DNA of 63,704 bases, filler included, from Octopus bimaculoides (lineage: Eukaryota): the NCBI RefSeq assembly GCF_001194135.2. It is 4 parts of 4 records of this genome, joined end to end, with 100 filler letters (N's around TTAATTAATTAA, not from the genome) between each part and the next. Parts side by side here need not be neighbours in the genome. Positions count along the whole stretch, not along the records: positions 27,730 to 42,880 come from NC_068987.1; positions 42,981 to 58,473 come from NC_068985.1; 2 more parts are not named here. One strand, 5' to 3'. The position numbers and the translations under genes were made by a program. The notes under the pieces were generated by a model. It did not search any database and was not told where the DNA came from. It saw only the letters and a program-made list of their open reading frames with translations. Within the stretch, counting starts at the first letter, position 1. Each line of letters begins with the position of its first letter. Positions 37,426 through 51,512 of this stretch are shown one piece after another.

Positions 37426-37654
37426 TTAACCCCCATTTGCATTCGGATTATTAATCTGTCAAATATAATCCTTATTTATTCATATTGTTTTGAATTAATT
37501 CTGGATTATCTTGTAGCTTCAAGATTTTGATAATGTGATTGTATATTTTAAGAATGACATTGTAGGGTAGGTAGAAGAGACCTGATCTGGTCAGTTTGAA
37601 CCTAAAACTGGTAGAATATTTGAGCCACATATGCTTTAAATATTAAAGGGTTAA
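37426..37654 (+). mobile_element. piggyBac-type MITE
   Basis: ttaa-ccc .. aaaggg-ttaa termini; homologous to 12777-13004. Confidence 0.75.
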
Positions 37655-39622
37655 GGGTCATTTACAGATACACCATTAAGCTTCAGTCACCCTGACTACC
37701 AGGGCAACTGCCCTCTCCCTATCTTCTTACCTCAGTCTAAAGGCACACTTTGAGACCAACCCTGTTCACTCAGACCAACTTTACCATTCTCTTTCACCTC
37801 TGAACAAATTTGCTGGGAATCAGAACTTCCTTCTCCACCCTCATTTTCTCTTTTCAAGTGAAACTTCAAAAAAGTTGATGCAAGTTTTCCCAAAGAGGAA
37901 ATTGTGTCTTCAGCTTTTTTCAGTCTTGTCCACCAAGCAACCTCTTTTGCCAAAGTCACCACAAAGACAAGGGAAGGAAATAGGGGGATTTTGGTAACGA
38001 ACTCAGCTGATGGACGGAACCATCCTGCACACAGCAGCAGCAGCATTTCAACATAACTGCACAAGTCAGCAATACTTGGACAGGGGCTGAGTGTGTGTGC
38101 AGAACAGGTTTGTTGCTTTCCATGCATTCTGTACAAGCCCAGCTGACAGTACTTCCATCAGGATGTGGGCACCAGAAAGAACGCTGTGCTGTTGGGCGTT
38201 GGTATGGGGTGTGTGTATGTTTATAGATGTGTGGAGGTGGGAGATGTCAGGGTGTGTGTGCATGGGGGGGGGGGGGTGAGAGAGTATGGTGCGTGGTGGG
38301 AATACGGATGCTGAAGAAGCACATGGGATGGCAACAGCAAGAGGGGAAGTGTTATTTAGTGTGTACAAGAGTACATGTAGGGGTGGGTGGGTGTTTTTAA
38401 GGGTTGCAGCTGTGAAATATTTAAAAATGAGAGAAAAATGTTTGAGATTTAATTTTAGAGATGGGAATAGAAATTGGAGAAATTGGCGAAAAATCTGAGA
38501 AATTGGTGAAATGAATTGAGAAGATGGTAAAAAGTGTCCAAGAAGATACAATCCAAGAATTAGATGAAAATTGGATGTTATTGTATTGAGACAGGGGAAA
38601 CTGAGTTAGTGTATGTGGGGTGTGTGTGTGCTTGGAACAGAGATATGGATAGTGGAAGGGGGATGGGCGTTGGTGCAGGAGGGATTGTGGGGAAAAATGG
38701 TGAGAAGGGGATAAGATGTATACTCCTGGGGCAGCATGGAAGTGCAGGTTAGAAAAAGTGAAGGGATACGTTTAAACTGATAGGCATGAAAATTTTTGTG
38801 GGAAAAGAGGGGTTTCTGATTCCTTTGGAAGCTGGTGGTGGGAAATCTGACATTGGGGGCCAAACCAAAGACTGAGAGATGCTAGGGAGAAGGGGGTTAT
38901 CATTAAGAAACAGGCAACCCATTACCAGGTCAGATGTTTCTGAGATGCTCCTGGAATCTTTCAGCCATTTGGCAGCTGATTTGTACAATGTGGATCCAAT
39001 TGCTGAGAATAAATAGGAGAGTGATTTTGAGGAGGAGGAGGAGAAGGATGTTGATGATGATGATGATGATGATGATGATGACGATGATGATGATGATGAT
39101 GATGATAATGATGATGATGATGATGCAATGGAAGGTGATTGTGATGCCTAAGGTGCAGTGGGTTGGGTTTGATGTCGAGAGGGAAAGAGCAAGTGTAGCA
39201 CCCGGGACAGAAGCAGAAGAAGAATCCCAGGAAGAGGAGGGGGGAGGAGAAGGAGGAGGAGTTATGGAAGAGGAGGAGTTATCGAGGAGGAGGCTACATA
39301 AGAAAACTTAAAAGAGGGGAGGCATAGGAGAGGGAAGAATGGTGAGGAGGCAGGGTCAGGCTAGAGGAGGCAGAAGAGGCAGGGAAGAGTGCAATAGAGA
39401 GGCAAGGTGGCAGGAGGGTAAGGAGATGCAATGGGTTGGATTTCAGAATGGGGTGTGGGGTGGGTCGTGGCATAGATGTGATAAAGTGCAGCTTAGATAA
39501 GGGTGAGTGGGTGGGGTATGTGTTGAGCCTGTGTCTCAAAGATATGGTTATGGCTACAGAAGCCTTAGAGATAAAGAAACTAAGGAAAGAGGTACTTTGG
39601 GTGTATGGTATGGGAGGAACAA

Positions 39623-39960
39623 CAACATCATCATCATCGTTGTTTAACGTCCATTTTCCATGCTGGTATGGGTTGGATGGTTCGACTGGGGTCTGGGAAG
39701 CCAGGAGGCTGCACCAGGCTCCAGTCTGATCTGGCAATGTTTCTACAGCTGGATGCCCTTCCTAATGCCAACCACTTCGAGAGTGTAGTGGGTGTTTTTT
39801 ACAAGCCACCGGCACAGGGGCCAGGAGGCTGGCAACAACCATGATCAGTTGGTGTTTTTTATGCGCTACCGGCACAGAAGCTAGTCAAGGTGGCACTGAC
39901 ATCGGCCACATTCAGATGGTGCTTTTTACATGCCACCGGCACGGGGATCACAACTACAAT
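39623..39960 (-). mobile_element. RTE 3' UTR copy
   Basis: catcatcatcgttgtttaacgtcc..tttctacagctggatgcccttcctaa. Confidence 0.8.
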
Positions 39961-40090
39961 TTCCATTTGATTTTCATTTTGATTTTGATGTTCTTGACTC
40001 AATAGGTCTCCTCAAGCACAGCAGGTCACCCTACAATCCAAGGTACTTTTGAGTGGGCTGGGCCTGGTTATGCAATACATACATGTATTA

Positions 40091-40122
<32 letters not shown>

Positions 40123-41169
40123 AAACACACACACACACACATATATATATACATATAGCACACACCCCCACACACACACACACNNNNNNNNNNNNNNNNN
40201 NNNNNNNNNNNNNNNNNNNNNNNNNNNNNNNNNNNNNNNNNNNNNNNNNNNNNNNNNNNNNNNNNNNNNNNNNNNNNNNNNNNNNNNNNNNNNNNNNNNN
40301 NNNNNNNNNNNNNNNNNNNNNNNNNNNNNNNNNNNNNNNNNNNNNNNNNNNNNNNNNNNNNNNNNNNNNNNNNNNNNNNNNNNNNNNNNNNNNNNNNNNN
40401 NNNNNNNNNNNNNNNNNNNNNNNNNNNNNNNNNNNNNNNNNNNNNNNNNNNNNNNNNNNNNNNNNNNNNNNNNNNNNNNNNNNNNNNNNNNNNNNNNNNN
40501 NNNNNNNNNNNNNNNNNNNNNNNNNNNNNNNNNNNNNNNNNNNNNNNNNNNNNNNNNNNNNNNNNNNNNNNNNNNNNNNNNNNNNNNNNNNNNNNNNNNN
40601 NNNNNNNNNNNNNNNNNNNNNNNNNNNNNNNNNNNNNNNNNNNNNNNNNNNNNNNNNNNNNNNNNNNNNNNNNNNNNNNNNNNNNNNNNNNNNNNNNNNN
40701 NNNNNNNNNNNNNNNNNNNNNNNNNNNNNNNNNNNNNNNNNNNNNNNNNNNNNNNNNNNNNNNNNNNNNNNNNNNNNNNNNNNNNNNNNNNNNNNNNNNN
40801 NNNNNNNNNNNNNNNNNNNNNNNNNNNNNNNNNNNNNNNNNNNNNNNNNNNNNNNNNNNNNNNNNNNNNNNNNNNNNNNNNNNNNNNNNNNNNNNNNNNN
40901 NNNNNNNNNNNNNNNNNNNNNNNNNNNNNNNNNNNNNNNNNNNNNNNNNNNNNNNNNNNNNNNNNNNNNNNNNNNNNNNNNNNNNNNNNNNNNNNNNNNN
41001 NNNNNNNNNNNNTTTTTTAGTTCAAGCAGAACGTACACACCACACACAATGTACTCTGGCATTGCCCAGGTTGCTGATAACAATAACACCATGACCAACT
41101 GGTATTGCTGTACATGTCTCTGATAGGGAAAAATTGATTTGAAATTGTACCAAACAGAGAACATGGAGC

Positions 41170-41640
41170 TGGCCAGCTGAAGAGCTGCTCAGGCTCCAGT
41201 GATCTGTTTTGACATGGTTTCTACAGCTGGATGCCCTTCCTAACACCAACAACTTTACAGAGTGTACTTGGTGCTTTTCCGCAGCACTGACATGGGTGCC
41301 TTTATGTGGAACCAACACCCACAAGCCCGCAAGATTAGGGATACTCAACTGAAGATGAATGCAGGGGACATGGCCCCCATGCTAGGACAACCATGTATTT
41401 GCTCAGCTTGACATGTTTTCTCAAGCACAGCAAACTACCAGGAGTCCTTTATCATCCCCCCTGTGAGGCACAACATCTGAAAATCCTTTCCTATCACTTC
41501 ATTCCACGTCTTCCTAGATTTACCTCCTCTTCACACTCCCTCTTCAATTAGAGCTTGGCACTTCTTCATGCAACTGTTTTCGTTCATATGCATTACATGA
41601 CTGCACCAGCACAATCGTCTCTGTTACACACTACATCTGG
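41170..41640 (-). mobile_element. Older RTE-related 3' fragment
   Basis: tttctacagctggatgcccttcctaac motif plus cttcctagatttacctc, as at 62690-62710. Confidence 0.55.
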
Positions 41641-42036
41641 TTCCCCATATACATACATACACTGGGGCCCTGGGATATGTAATGCACTGCCTATATACAA
41701 GTCTTGAGAAATTAGGCTACATTAGGAGAAAAACTAATTCAAAGACTACAGATCCAATCCATCACTGGAACTGTAAAAATCTGTGAAACTTTCCAGAAGT
41801 TTAGCATTGAAATACATATGAGCGTGACTAGATGTGTAACTATATGCATGAGAATAGATGCATAAATACGTACGTACGTACATACATACATACATACATA
41901 CATACATACATACAAAAATACCTTGTTGTTGATGTTGAAATTCTAATGAAGGAGCCTTGGATCTATGTTAGAAACCGGTTCTTTCTCTATTGGCAAGGAA
42001 TCTTGAAATAAACTAAATAATGACATATACACACAA

Positions 42037-42091
<55 letters not shown>

Positions 42092-42197
42092 GAGAATAGA
42101 GCCAGTTTGGAACCAGGAAAAAACTTAGTTTAAATGTCCTCAGCAAATATATATATATATATATATATATATAAGTATATGTGTATCTGTATCCATA

Positions 42198-42261
<64 letters not shown>

Positions 42262-42282
42262 TGGAGACATATACATGCACAT

Positions 42283-42318
<36 letters not shown>

Positions 42319-42980
42319 ATATGCATACATACAAACATGTATACACATGCATGCAATCACACATGTACACATGCACACACTCATACCACATACATCCATA
42401 TATACATTCTTACATAAATATGAAAAGCAATATTCTTCTCAATTCCCTAATCAGTAATATGCAGACCATAGATTATGTTAGTCCAATTTAATGTTCCACC
42501 ATTTTTGTTGCTGATAAATAATTTTTTTTCCCCAAAAAAATGTACTTTTTACACACATACATTCACATATATACACACATACACACACACACACACACAC
42601 ATGCATACATATAGATATGTGTGTGTATGTAGTGTCACTGATCAGTAATAAAATGATAAAATAGTTCTAGATTCGAATAATATATTACATATGCAATGAA
42701 GTGTGTGTAAGTAGGGTATTTATCTCTTCCTGGGCCGTTATTTGATTTTCCCACTTTCAAAATACTTTTTCCTCCGAAGGGTTAACAGCCAGTCATGAAT
42801 GAACAATAATCTCGTTAATACATTTAATACAGTAACATTCATGAAGCTTCTTTCTTTTTTCTGTTCTCTGTTTCCTTTTTNNNNNNNNNNNNNNNNNNNN
42901 NNNNNNNNNNNNNNNNNNNNNNNNTTAATTAATTAANNNNNNNNNNNNNNNNNNNNNNNNNNNNNNNNNNNNNNNNNNNN

Positions 42981-43225
42981 CCGTCTCGCTCAAGGCATTT
43001 CATGTGTCACCCGCACAAGAGCCAGCCCAGGGGCACCGGCAACGATCCCGCCCGAAAGATTCCATGTGTCGCCCGCACACGAGCCAGCCCAGGGGCACCG
43101 GCAACGATCTCGCTCGAAAAACATCATGTGTCTCCCGCACAAGTGCCGGCCCAGGGGCACCGGCAACGATCTCGCTCGAAAGATTTCATGTGTCGCCCAC
43201 ACACGAGCTGTCGCCCACACACGAG
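42981..43225. repeat. Tandem array of ~61-bp units related to the RTE 3' UTR subrepeat
   Basis: catgtgtc-cccgcac-agagccagcccaggggcaccggcaacgatctcgctcgaaa x3-4; reverse complement resembles 30107-30170. Confidence 0.85.
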
Positions 43226-43520
43226 ATATTCAATAATGAATTTAAAGCAGTGCTACTGCTGTAAACATTATTGATCGTACATACTCAATGTCTGTATGTG
43301 TTTTGTTTGTTCATTGGATACACCTCAGTATTTCAAATGCACACAACAAGAAAAGCATACTTTGTTTAAAAGCATCTTATTTTGGCTACTCCAGATTATT
43401 AACCAAATAGTAATAATAATGATAATAATAATAATTTCTCTCCATCTAATATATATGTACCTTAGGTCTCTGGTTGAGAGCCAGTAAGAAGATGAAGATA
43501 AATGCAAATGAATTGGAAAA

Positions 43521-43582
<62 letters not shown>

Positions 43583-43764
43583 ATATTATCAAAGCTTGCT
43601 TAGCAAAAGCTACCAGACTAACTTTCTTCAAAACAGTTATGACCCTAAATGCAGATTTTGCAACACATTTGATGAAAAATAGACCATCTCCTCTTGGGAT
43701 GTTCTGTGCTTACACCAAATGAATACAAAAATCGCTATGATAGGATAAGACAGTATTTACATTG

Positions 43765-44140
43765 ACAGATATGTAAACACTACAAAATCAGCATTCCTGC
43801 TTACTGGTATGAACATCATCCTGAGTCAGTTGTTGAAGGTAAAAATGTCACTATCCTCTGGAATTTTCCAGTCAAGACTGACAGAACAATCCAGGTTAAT
43901 TGACCAGGTATAGTAATTAAAGACAGGAAAGAAAATACTGGTAGACTAATAGATGTAAGTGTTCCCACAAAAGATGTGGTATCTTAAAGCAAGAACTGTT
44001 CCTGTTATTTTAGGTGCCCTAGGTATGATAAAAAAAAGGGATGTCAGAAACATCTAGGTAACAGCCCAGGAGAACCATGTCTCAGAGAAATCTAAAAGAT
44101 TTTGCTGACAAGTACTGCCCACATCCTTAGAAAAACCCAA
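43765..44140 (+). mobile_element. R4/Dong-like RLE domain fragment
   Basis: WYEHHPESVVEG..ILWNFPVKTDRTI..VPVILGALG..TAHILRK. Confidence 0.7.
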
Positions 44141-44193
44141 TAGCAAGTGACTGTAACAAACATGCAGATTAAAAGTAAATAATAATAATAATG

Positions 44194-44239
<46 letters not shown>

Positions 44240-44245
<6 letters not shown>

Positions 44246-44400
44246 AAAGAAATATAACAAGTAACTGCAGAATATGTGGAGATGGACAAGAAACAATAAA
44301 TCATATTATCTCTGGTTGCCCAGTCCTGGCTAAGAAGGAATATATTCACAGACACGACAGAGCTGGGACCTACATACACTGGAAGCTATGCCAACACTAT
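44240..44400 (+). mobile_element. R4/Dong-like CCHC zinc-knuckle fragment
   Basis: CRICGDGQETINHIISGCPVLAKKEYIHRHD; starts directly after (AAT)n. Confidence 0.75.
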
Positions 44401-44718
44401 GATGTTTGCCTCTCAAACCCTCTTTCATGGGGCTGAAGAGATGATAGTCTGAAGGCGCTAAATTATTCCAGTGACAAGGAAGAGAAAACTGTAGTGAAGA
44501 AGTGGCTCAAAGAACAGTCAACAGAATTTTACAGGGTAGGGACACATGCTTTCATTCGAAGGTGGAACATTGCTATTGAGAGAAACGGTGACTATATTGA
44601 AAAGTAGGGATGTGATCCACAGAGGACCAGCTTCATTTTGATGTATGATACACGTTCCTGTATTGGTAATTATACCTGTCCTAAACAAAATGGCATTACT
44701 TTTTGACTCACCCTTGTA
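44400..44718 (+). mobile_element. Mariner 3' end (transposase C terminus plus TIR)
   Basis: KKWLKEQSTEFY..IRRWNIAIERNGDYIEK*; ends attactttttgactcacccttgta. Confidence 0.75.
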
Positions 44719-44719
44719 G

Positions 44720-45665
44720 ATCTAAGTGGAATGGAGGGAACCTTATTAGAGGTATCAATGTGTGGGTTGTAGGTGTAATATGTTACTACACAACAGTTGT
44801 AGAATGGACAAAGGAAGAACTGGTCAACATGGATAGAAAAACTAGGAAGATAAAGGCTATGCATAGGTGCCTTCATACTAGTGATGTACTGAGGCTTTAT
44901 TTACCTAGGAAGGAAGGTGGAAGAGGACTGGCTGGAATAGAGGATAGTGTTGTGAAGGAGGTCAAGTCTTTGCATGGCTGTTAGAGGAATAGTGATGAAA
45001 GAATGTTGCAGGCTGCACTGAGTGAGAAGGTGATCAGTGACAATAGTGAGATCCTCCAGGAGTACAATATGAGGACTCATAGAGAAAAGATCATCAACTG
45101 AAAAGAAAAAGTCCTACATGGAGAGTTTTTCTGATAAACATCGGATGAAGCTGATGAAGGATCCTGTAGATGGTTAAGACATGGTTTCGTTAAAGAAGGA
45201 GACAAAAGGATTGATTCTTACTGCTCAAGTAGAAGCTTTATGAACCAACTTAACTAAGTGTATCACTGATAAGACAGCAGTATCACCTTTGTGTAAATTA
45301 TATGAAAAATCATCTGAGACAGTTAGACATATAATTAGTAGATACTCAAAACTGGCACAAAAGGAGTACCAAAAAACGTCATGGTAAAGTGGCAATATGA
45401 ATATACTAGGAATTGTGCAGGAAGTATAGGCTAGAACGTTCCAACAAATGGTATGAACACCAACCTTTTCCAGTAGCAGAAAATGATCAGATCAAATTCA
45501 TATGGAATATGTCAATATACCTAGACAAAAAGGTATCAGACATCACACTTCTATGGAAAGAGTCCAAAGAATGGACATTCATCAACATAATGATACTTGC
45601 AAACCAGAACATTGTGAAGACAAAGAACAAGAAAGTCAGAAAGTACCAAGACTTAGCTTTGAAAG
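44720..45665 (+). mobile_element. R4/Dong-like ORF fragment (post-RT region to RLE)
   Basis: WTKEELVNMDRKTRK..RLYLPRKEGGRGL..; WYEHQP..KYQDLA. Confidence 0.75.
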
Positions 45666-45989
45666 TGAATTATTATTATTATGGCTGGGTTCCAACCTGC
45701 ACCATAGCAGCAAAGATCACTCACCATGCTTCTCAGTCTAAAATCTCTGCCTTGAGGTCCTGGATACATTCCAGGCCAGTGTCTGCAATCAGGTTGTCAG
45801 TGTGAACATGACAATGTTTTTGTCTTCTTACACCACTTGAAGTGAGTTCCACAAGATTAATTTGAATGCTTCCAGTTTAGGGTGGCACACAGTGACCAGA
45901 GAGACACAGTCATCTTTGTTTGATCTTCTCACTAACTTTCAGCAGGTCTCCATAAAAGCAATAATTTGTCATATGTTGCTGCCATTTCA

Positions 45990-48130
45990 CATTTTGGGCA
46001 ATCTTGCTGATGTAATTCACTCAATACCAGCTCACAACATAATATTCTTGCTTGGTAACTGTAATGCACATATAGGAACAAAAGATAGTGCTTTCACATT
46101 TCATGAACATACAAACAGCATTATTGACTTACTCCTGGACCCTGAAATAAAAACCAATATGGTTATTACTAATACTCATTTCCCGATGAAAAGGGCAAGC
46201 TCTGGACTTATGTTTCAGGTATGAGGGGAAGTCGCAAGTTGATTACATCCTGATCAATCAAAATAGGAAGATCTCTGTTCAAAATGTTGAAACATACAAC
46301 AGATTTACAAATCTTGGTTCTGACTACAGAAATACAGGTGAAGCAAACTCAACTTGTGTACATGTACAACACCAAAGAAAAGTAAGCACATGACTGGTAT
46401 ATCCAGAAAAGTGATATGGATCAGCAGCAAGTTTACAGTGCCATGGTAAAGAACCAATTTGTTGCACTATAAAACTGTTCAAAATCAATAACCAACCTGT
46501 ACAAACACTTCATCACAGCTAACAGAGAAATGAAAAACAAATGATACCACCGAAGGAGAGCCATTCAAAGAAACAAGCATCAGCTGAACAAATAGGTATT
46601 AAATTAAAGAAGAATGTGTAAAGAGCAGTTAACTCCCATCAAGAGAATCCAAACAACGAACATAAGCTGGGATTACAAACTGCCAAAGCCTCTTTTCAAA
46701 ATGGCTATGACACCACTGACGAAGAGGAAGTGGATCACATGACTGATCAAGGCATCAGATGCAAATTCAATACACAGGAAAAGCTGGAAATTGATCAATG
46801 AGGTAAGTGGAAGGAAAGCAGCAAAGCCGGGTATTTTCAATGGAAACAGCAGAGTGGAGCATGTCCAAAAGTGGTATCAACACTTCAGTCAGATGCTCAA
46901 AAAGTCTCCCCTTGTAAGCAATGAACATGAAGAGACTCAATATATAGAAATGGAACTTTTGATTTTGAAGAACTTCAGACTGCTAAGAATAGACTGAAAG
47001 GAAAAGCTGCTGGCCCTGATGGTATCCCCACTGAAGTTATCAAGAGGTGCAATCTGGATGAAATAATACTGGATCTTGTGCATAAGCTCTTGCAGAACCA
47101 GGAAATTCCAGTGGTCTATGATTGACTTGAAACCAATCCCAAAGTCAGGAAACCTCAGCAATCTTACTAACTACAGAGGAATTGCATTGTCCAATATTTC
47201 ACTCTAAGTTATCCACTGAATGATCCTCAATAGGATCCAACTGGTGCTTAATAGCCATCTGAGACCAAATCAAAATGGATTTAGACCAGGGAGACTCACA
47301 ATTTCTCATATCTTAACCCTAAAGCATATCATAGAAGGATTAAATCAAGACAACTGCTTGCCATTACAACCTTTGTGGGTTTCAGCAAAGCATTTGACTG
47401 CATCCATTGTGACAAATCCATTGTTGAAGATCCTTCGAGTATATGACATTCCAGAACTAGTTCTTGCCATTGCAAAGACCTACAAGAAGACCAGAGCTCA
47501 TGTGTTGTCATCTGATAAAGAAAGAGAATTATTTCAAATATTAACTGGAGTGCTACAAGGGGACATGCTTGTGCCTTACCTGTTTGCAATTGTACTGGAT
47601 TATGCTATGCAGCATGCTATAGACAAGAGTGATAAAGACGTTGGTTTCACTATTGACTGGCAAATATCACAGAACATACCAGCAGTAACCATCATAGACC
47701 TGGACTTCGCAGGTGATATTGCACTCAAACGAAATAGACCAAGCACAGCAGCTGCTCAGCAGAGTAGAAACATCAGCTGCTCAGCAGAGTAGAACCATCA
47801 GCTGCAAAAACTAGACTACACACAAATGTCAAGAATACATGTCTTTCAAACAATCCAGTGATGCTGAACAGTTCCAAATTCAATGTTGTTGAAAACTTTA
47901 AGTATTTAGGTGGCTTGGTGAGAAATTCAGAAGCAGACATCAAGATCAGGAAGGCACACGCATGGACAGCTAGTCACAAACTAAAGAAGGTCTGAAATTC
48001 CACACTGTCCAGGTGGATCAAAATCAAGATGCTCATTGCAACTGTGGAATGAGTACTATTATATGGCAGTGAAACATGAATACTGACAAAGAACTTATCA
48101 AACAAGCTAGATGACTGCTCCACAAGGATG
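45990..48130 (+). mobile_element. Degenerate RTE-clade LINE (APE endonuclease plus RT), different subfamily
   Basis: LLGNCNAHIG..VITNTHFP; LRPNQNGFRPGR..GVLQGDMLVPYLFAIVLDYAM..DLDFAGDIAL; many frameshifts. Confidence 0.8.
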
Positions 48131-48378
48131 CTTGGAAGTGAAACGAATTTATAGAGTCTCAAAAGTGAGTGTGGCACCTATTGTGATCAGTGCACTTGGG
48201 ACCATCTCATAGAAAGCAATATTCAAGCATCAAAAACTGCAAATACCAATCTTCATAGGAAGTATTCAGTTAGCTACAATACTTGAAACATCTCATGAGT
48301 TGAGAGTAGTGCATCTCTGAGGTGCAGGATGGAGCTGAAACATGACATAGATAAATCAAGAGAAATTAAGTAAATAAA

Positions 48379-48421
<43 letters not shown>

Positions 48422-48429
48422 TAATAATA

Positions 48430-49290
48430 ATGGAAAATACCCTAACCGCATGTCCAAGCCAGATATTGATCAAAATCTAAAACACCAATGGTTACAAGGG
48501 ACAGGTCTGAAAGGGGAAACAGAAGGTTTTGTTACTGCAGCGCAAGATGAGAGCTTACCTACTAGAAACTACCATACAAACATCCTTAAAGATGGATCTG
48601 ACCCCTCATGCAGAATTTGCGGAAAATTCACAGAGACAAATGATCATGTTGTTTCTGGCTGCCCAGTCCTCTATGTAAAGGAGCACCTCATAAAACATGA
48701 CAGACTCGGGCAGTACATCCACTGGAATGCTTGTAAATACTACAAAATTAAATCCCATGATAAGTGGTACAGGCATCATCCAGAAGATGTAGTAAACGGT
48801 GATGGCCTCACCTTCCTTTGAAATTTCCCAATACAAACAGACAGAAAAATTGACTCCAATTGACCAGACATTGTGATCAAGGACTACAAGAGAGGAACTT
48901 GTCAGTCCCACAAGATGTCTCAAGAAAGGAATACAAAAAGCTTTCTCACTATAAAGATTTGCAAATTGAAATCACAAAAATGTGGAAGCTTAGTACTATA
49001 GTAATACCAGTAGTAATTGGTGCATTGGGAATGATAAAGAAGGGAACTGAGAAGTATATTAAGCAATTCCCTGGTAACGCCAATCTCCATGAACTACAAA
49101 AGATAACCTTGATGGGTACAGCCCATATACTACAGAAAGCACTCTCCATTTAAAATGGAATAAATGTGATGATAATTTTAGCATGCATAGCAAGACAAAA
49201 GTACCTTTGCTATTCTTGGCCTCTGGAGATGCCCAGTACTAAGGCAGCTGAAATAAAGTTATAATGAAAGGAAACCATAAGTGATGATAA
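48430..49290 (+). mobile_element. R4/Dong-like 3' fragment, copy 1
   Basis: GLKGETEGFVTAAQDESLPTRNY..CRICGKFTETNDHVVSGCP..KYKDLQIEI..PVVIGALG, plus 3' UTR. Confidence 0.85.
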
Positions 49291-49319
49291 CAATGATGAT
49301 GAGGATGATGATGATGATG

Positions 49320-50625
49320 GTGAAATGTTGAAGGCATTTCAATCTCAATCCAGCTAAAAATATCTAGGAATACTTGAGGCAGATGGAATCAAGCATCACA
49401 ACCTGAAGGAAAAGACAAACTGAGAGTATCTGTGGTGAGTGAGAAAAATATTGGCGTCAAAGCTGAATGCCAGAAAATAATTTCGGCAATAAACTTGTGT
49501 GCAGTCACAGTAGTTTGATATGGCACTGGAATTCTGAAATAGACAGAAGAGGAGACAAAGGAGGTGGAAAGGAAGTCAAGAAAGCTCCTAACACTGCATG
49601 GAGCCCATCATCCATGTGAATACACTGATCACCTATACATGAAGAGAGCAAATGGAGGAAGGGAACTAATAAGTGTGGAAGACTGCATGCATATTGAACT
49701 CGAGAGCTTAATGAGATACCTAGCCCCACGTAAGGAAACCTTGCTAGTGACAGTTAAAAACAAGGGAATATTGAGAGCAGAGAAAAAAAAGAAAACAAAG
49801 GAAGAAGTACAAAAAAGACAGGAAGAAGAATTACGCAAGATGGGACTTCACAATCAATTCCCTGTAGCCACTAGAATGCTTGTAAGTTTTGTTACTGCAG
49901 CACAAGATCAGAGCTTACCTGCCAAAAACTACCATGCAAACGTCCTTAAAGATGGATCTGACCTCTTGTGCAGAATTTGCGGAAAATTCACAGAGACAAA
50001 TGATCATGTTGTTTCTGGCTGCCCAGTCCTCTCTGTAAAGGAGTACCTCATAAGACATGATAGACTAGGGCAGTACATCCACTAGAATGCTTGTAAATAC
50101 TACAAAATCAAATCCCATAAGTGGCACACGCACCATCCAGAACTTCACAATACAAACAGACAGAAAATTGACTCCAATTGACCAGACATTGTGATAAAGG
50201 ACTACAACAAAGGAACTTGTCTGTTAAAAGATATGTCAGTCCCACAAGATCAAAATGTCTGAAGAAAAGAATATGAAAAGCTTTCTCGCTATAAAGATCT
50301 GCAAATTGAAACCACAAAAATTTGGAAGCTTAGTACTACAATAATACCAATAGTAATTGGTGTTGGGAATGATAAAGAAAGGAGCAGAGAAGTATATTAA
50401 GCAAGTCCCTGGTAACTCCAATCTCTGTGAACTACAAAAGATGACCCTGATGGGTACAGCCCATATACTACGGAAGCACTCTCCATCCACAGTGGAATAA
50501 ATGTGGTGATAATTTTAGTATGCATAGCAAAACAAAAGTGCCCTTGCTATTCTTGGCCTCCGGAGGATGCCTGGTACTAAGGCAGCTGAAATAAAGTTAT
50601 AATGAAAAGAAACCATAAATGATGA
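49320..50625 (+). mobile_element. R4/Dong-like 3' fragment, copy 2 (tandem to copy 1)
   Basis: Same motifs and same 3' UTR (..gtactaaggcagctgaaataaagttataatgaaa..). Confidence 0.85.
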
Positions 50626-50636
50626 TGATGATGATG

Positions 50637-50707
<71 letters not shown>

Positions 50708-50709
50708 AA

Positions 50710-51350
50710 GAAGGAATATATTCACAGACACGACAGAGCTGGGACCTATATACACTGGAAGCTATGCCAACACTATGGAATAACAACAGAAAAANNNNNN
50801 NNNNNNNNNNNNNNNNNNNNNNNNNNNNNNNNNNNNNNNNNNNNNNNNNNNNNNNNNNNNNNNNNNNNNNNNNNNNNNNNNNNNNNNNNNNNNNNNNNNN
50901 NNNNNNNNNNNNNNNNNNNNNNNNNNNNNNNNNNNNNNNNNNNNNNNNNNNNNNNNNNNNNNNNNNNNNNNNNNNNNNNNNNNNNNNNNNNNNNNNNNNN
51001 NNNNNNNNNNNNNNNNNNNNNNNNNNNNNNNNNNNNNNNNNNNNNNNNNNNNNNNNNNNNNNNNNNNNNNNNNNNNNNNNNNNNNNNNNNNNNNNNNNNN
51101 NNNNNNNNNNNNNNNATAATAAAAAAATATTCAGACAAATACATAACAAAAACACCAGGACTTACAAATATATATAACATACAGAAAATTGCACTACTGG
51201 GTACTGCACACATTCTACGCAAAACACTTTCAATACAGTAAACATAAGAGCACCACAGCAAACCACAGCACATACCCAAGGCGCACAGAGCTGCGCTCGG
51301 TAGTGAAGTGAAAGCATGTTATAAAAATAAAACTACTGAACAATAATAAT
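50710..51350 (+). mobile_element. R4/Dong-like 3' fragment spanning a gap
   Basis: KEYIHRHDRAGTYIHWKLCQHY .. IQKIALLGTAHILRKTLSIQ*. Confidence 0.75.
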
Positions 51351-51452
51351 AATGATAATTGGAATGCATACGAGTTTCTCTGCCCTAGGTGTACGGAAAA
51401 CACTTGGCGAGAAATGGAAGAAAATTTGAAGAAAGAAGAAAAAAAAAACAAC

Positions 51453-51511
<59 letters not shown>

Positions 51512-51512
51512 T

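Noticed and set aside
37700-39600. Several 60-160 aa ORFs, possibly a decayed LINE ORF1/endonuclease on the minus strand
   Set aside because: No diagnostic motif I can confirm; much of it is low complexity.
42981-43225. CRISPR-like regular repeats (also considered for 22268-22670)
   Set aside because: Units are contiguous tandem copies without unique spacers, there are no cas genes, and the context is eukaryotic.
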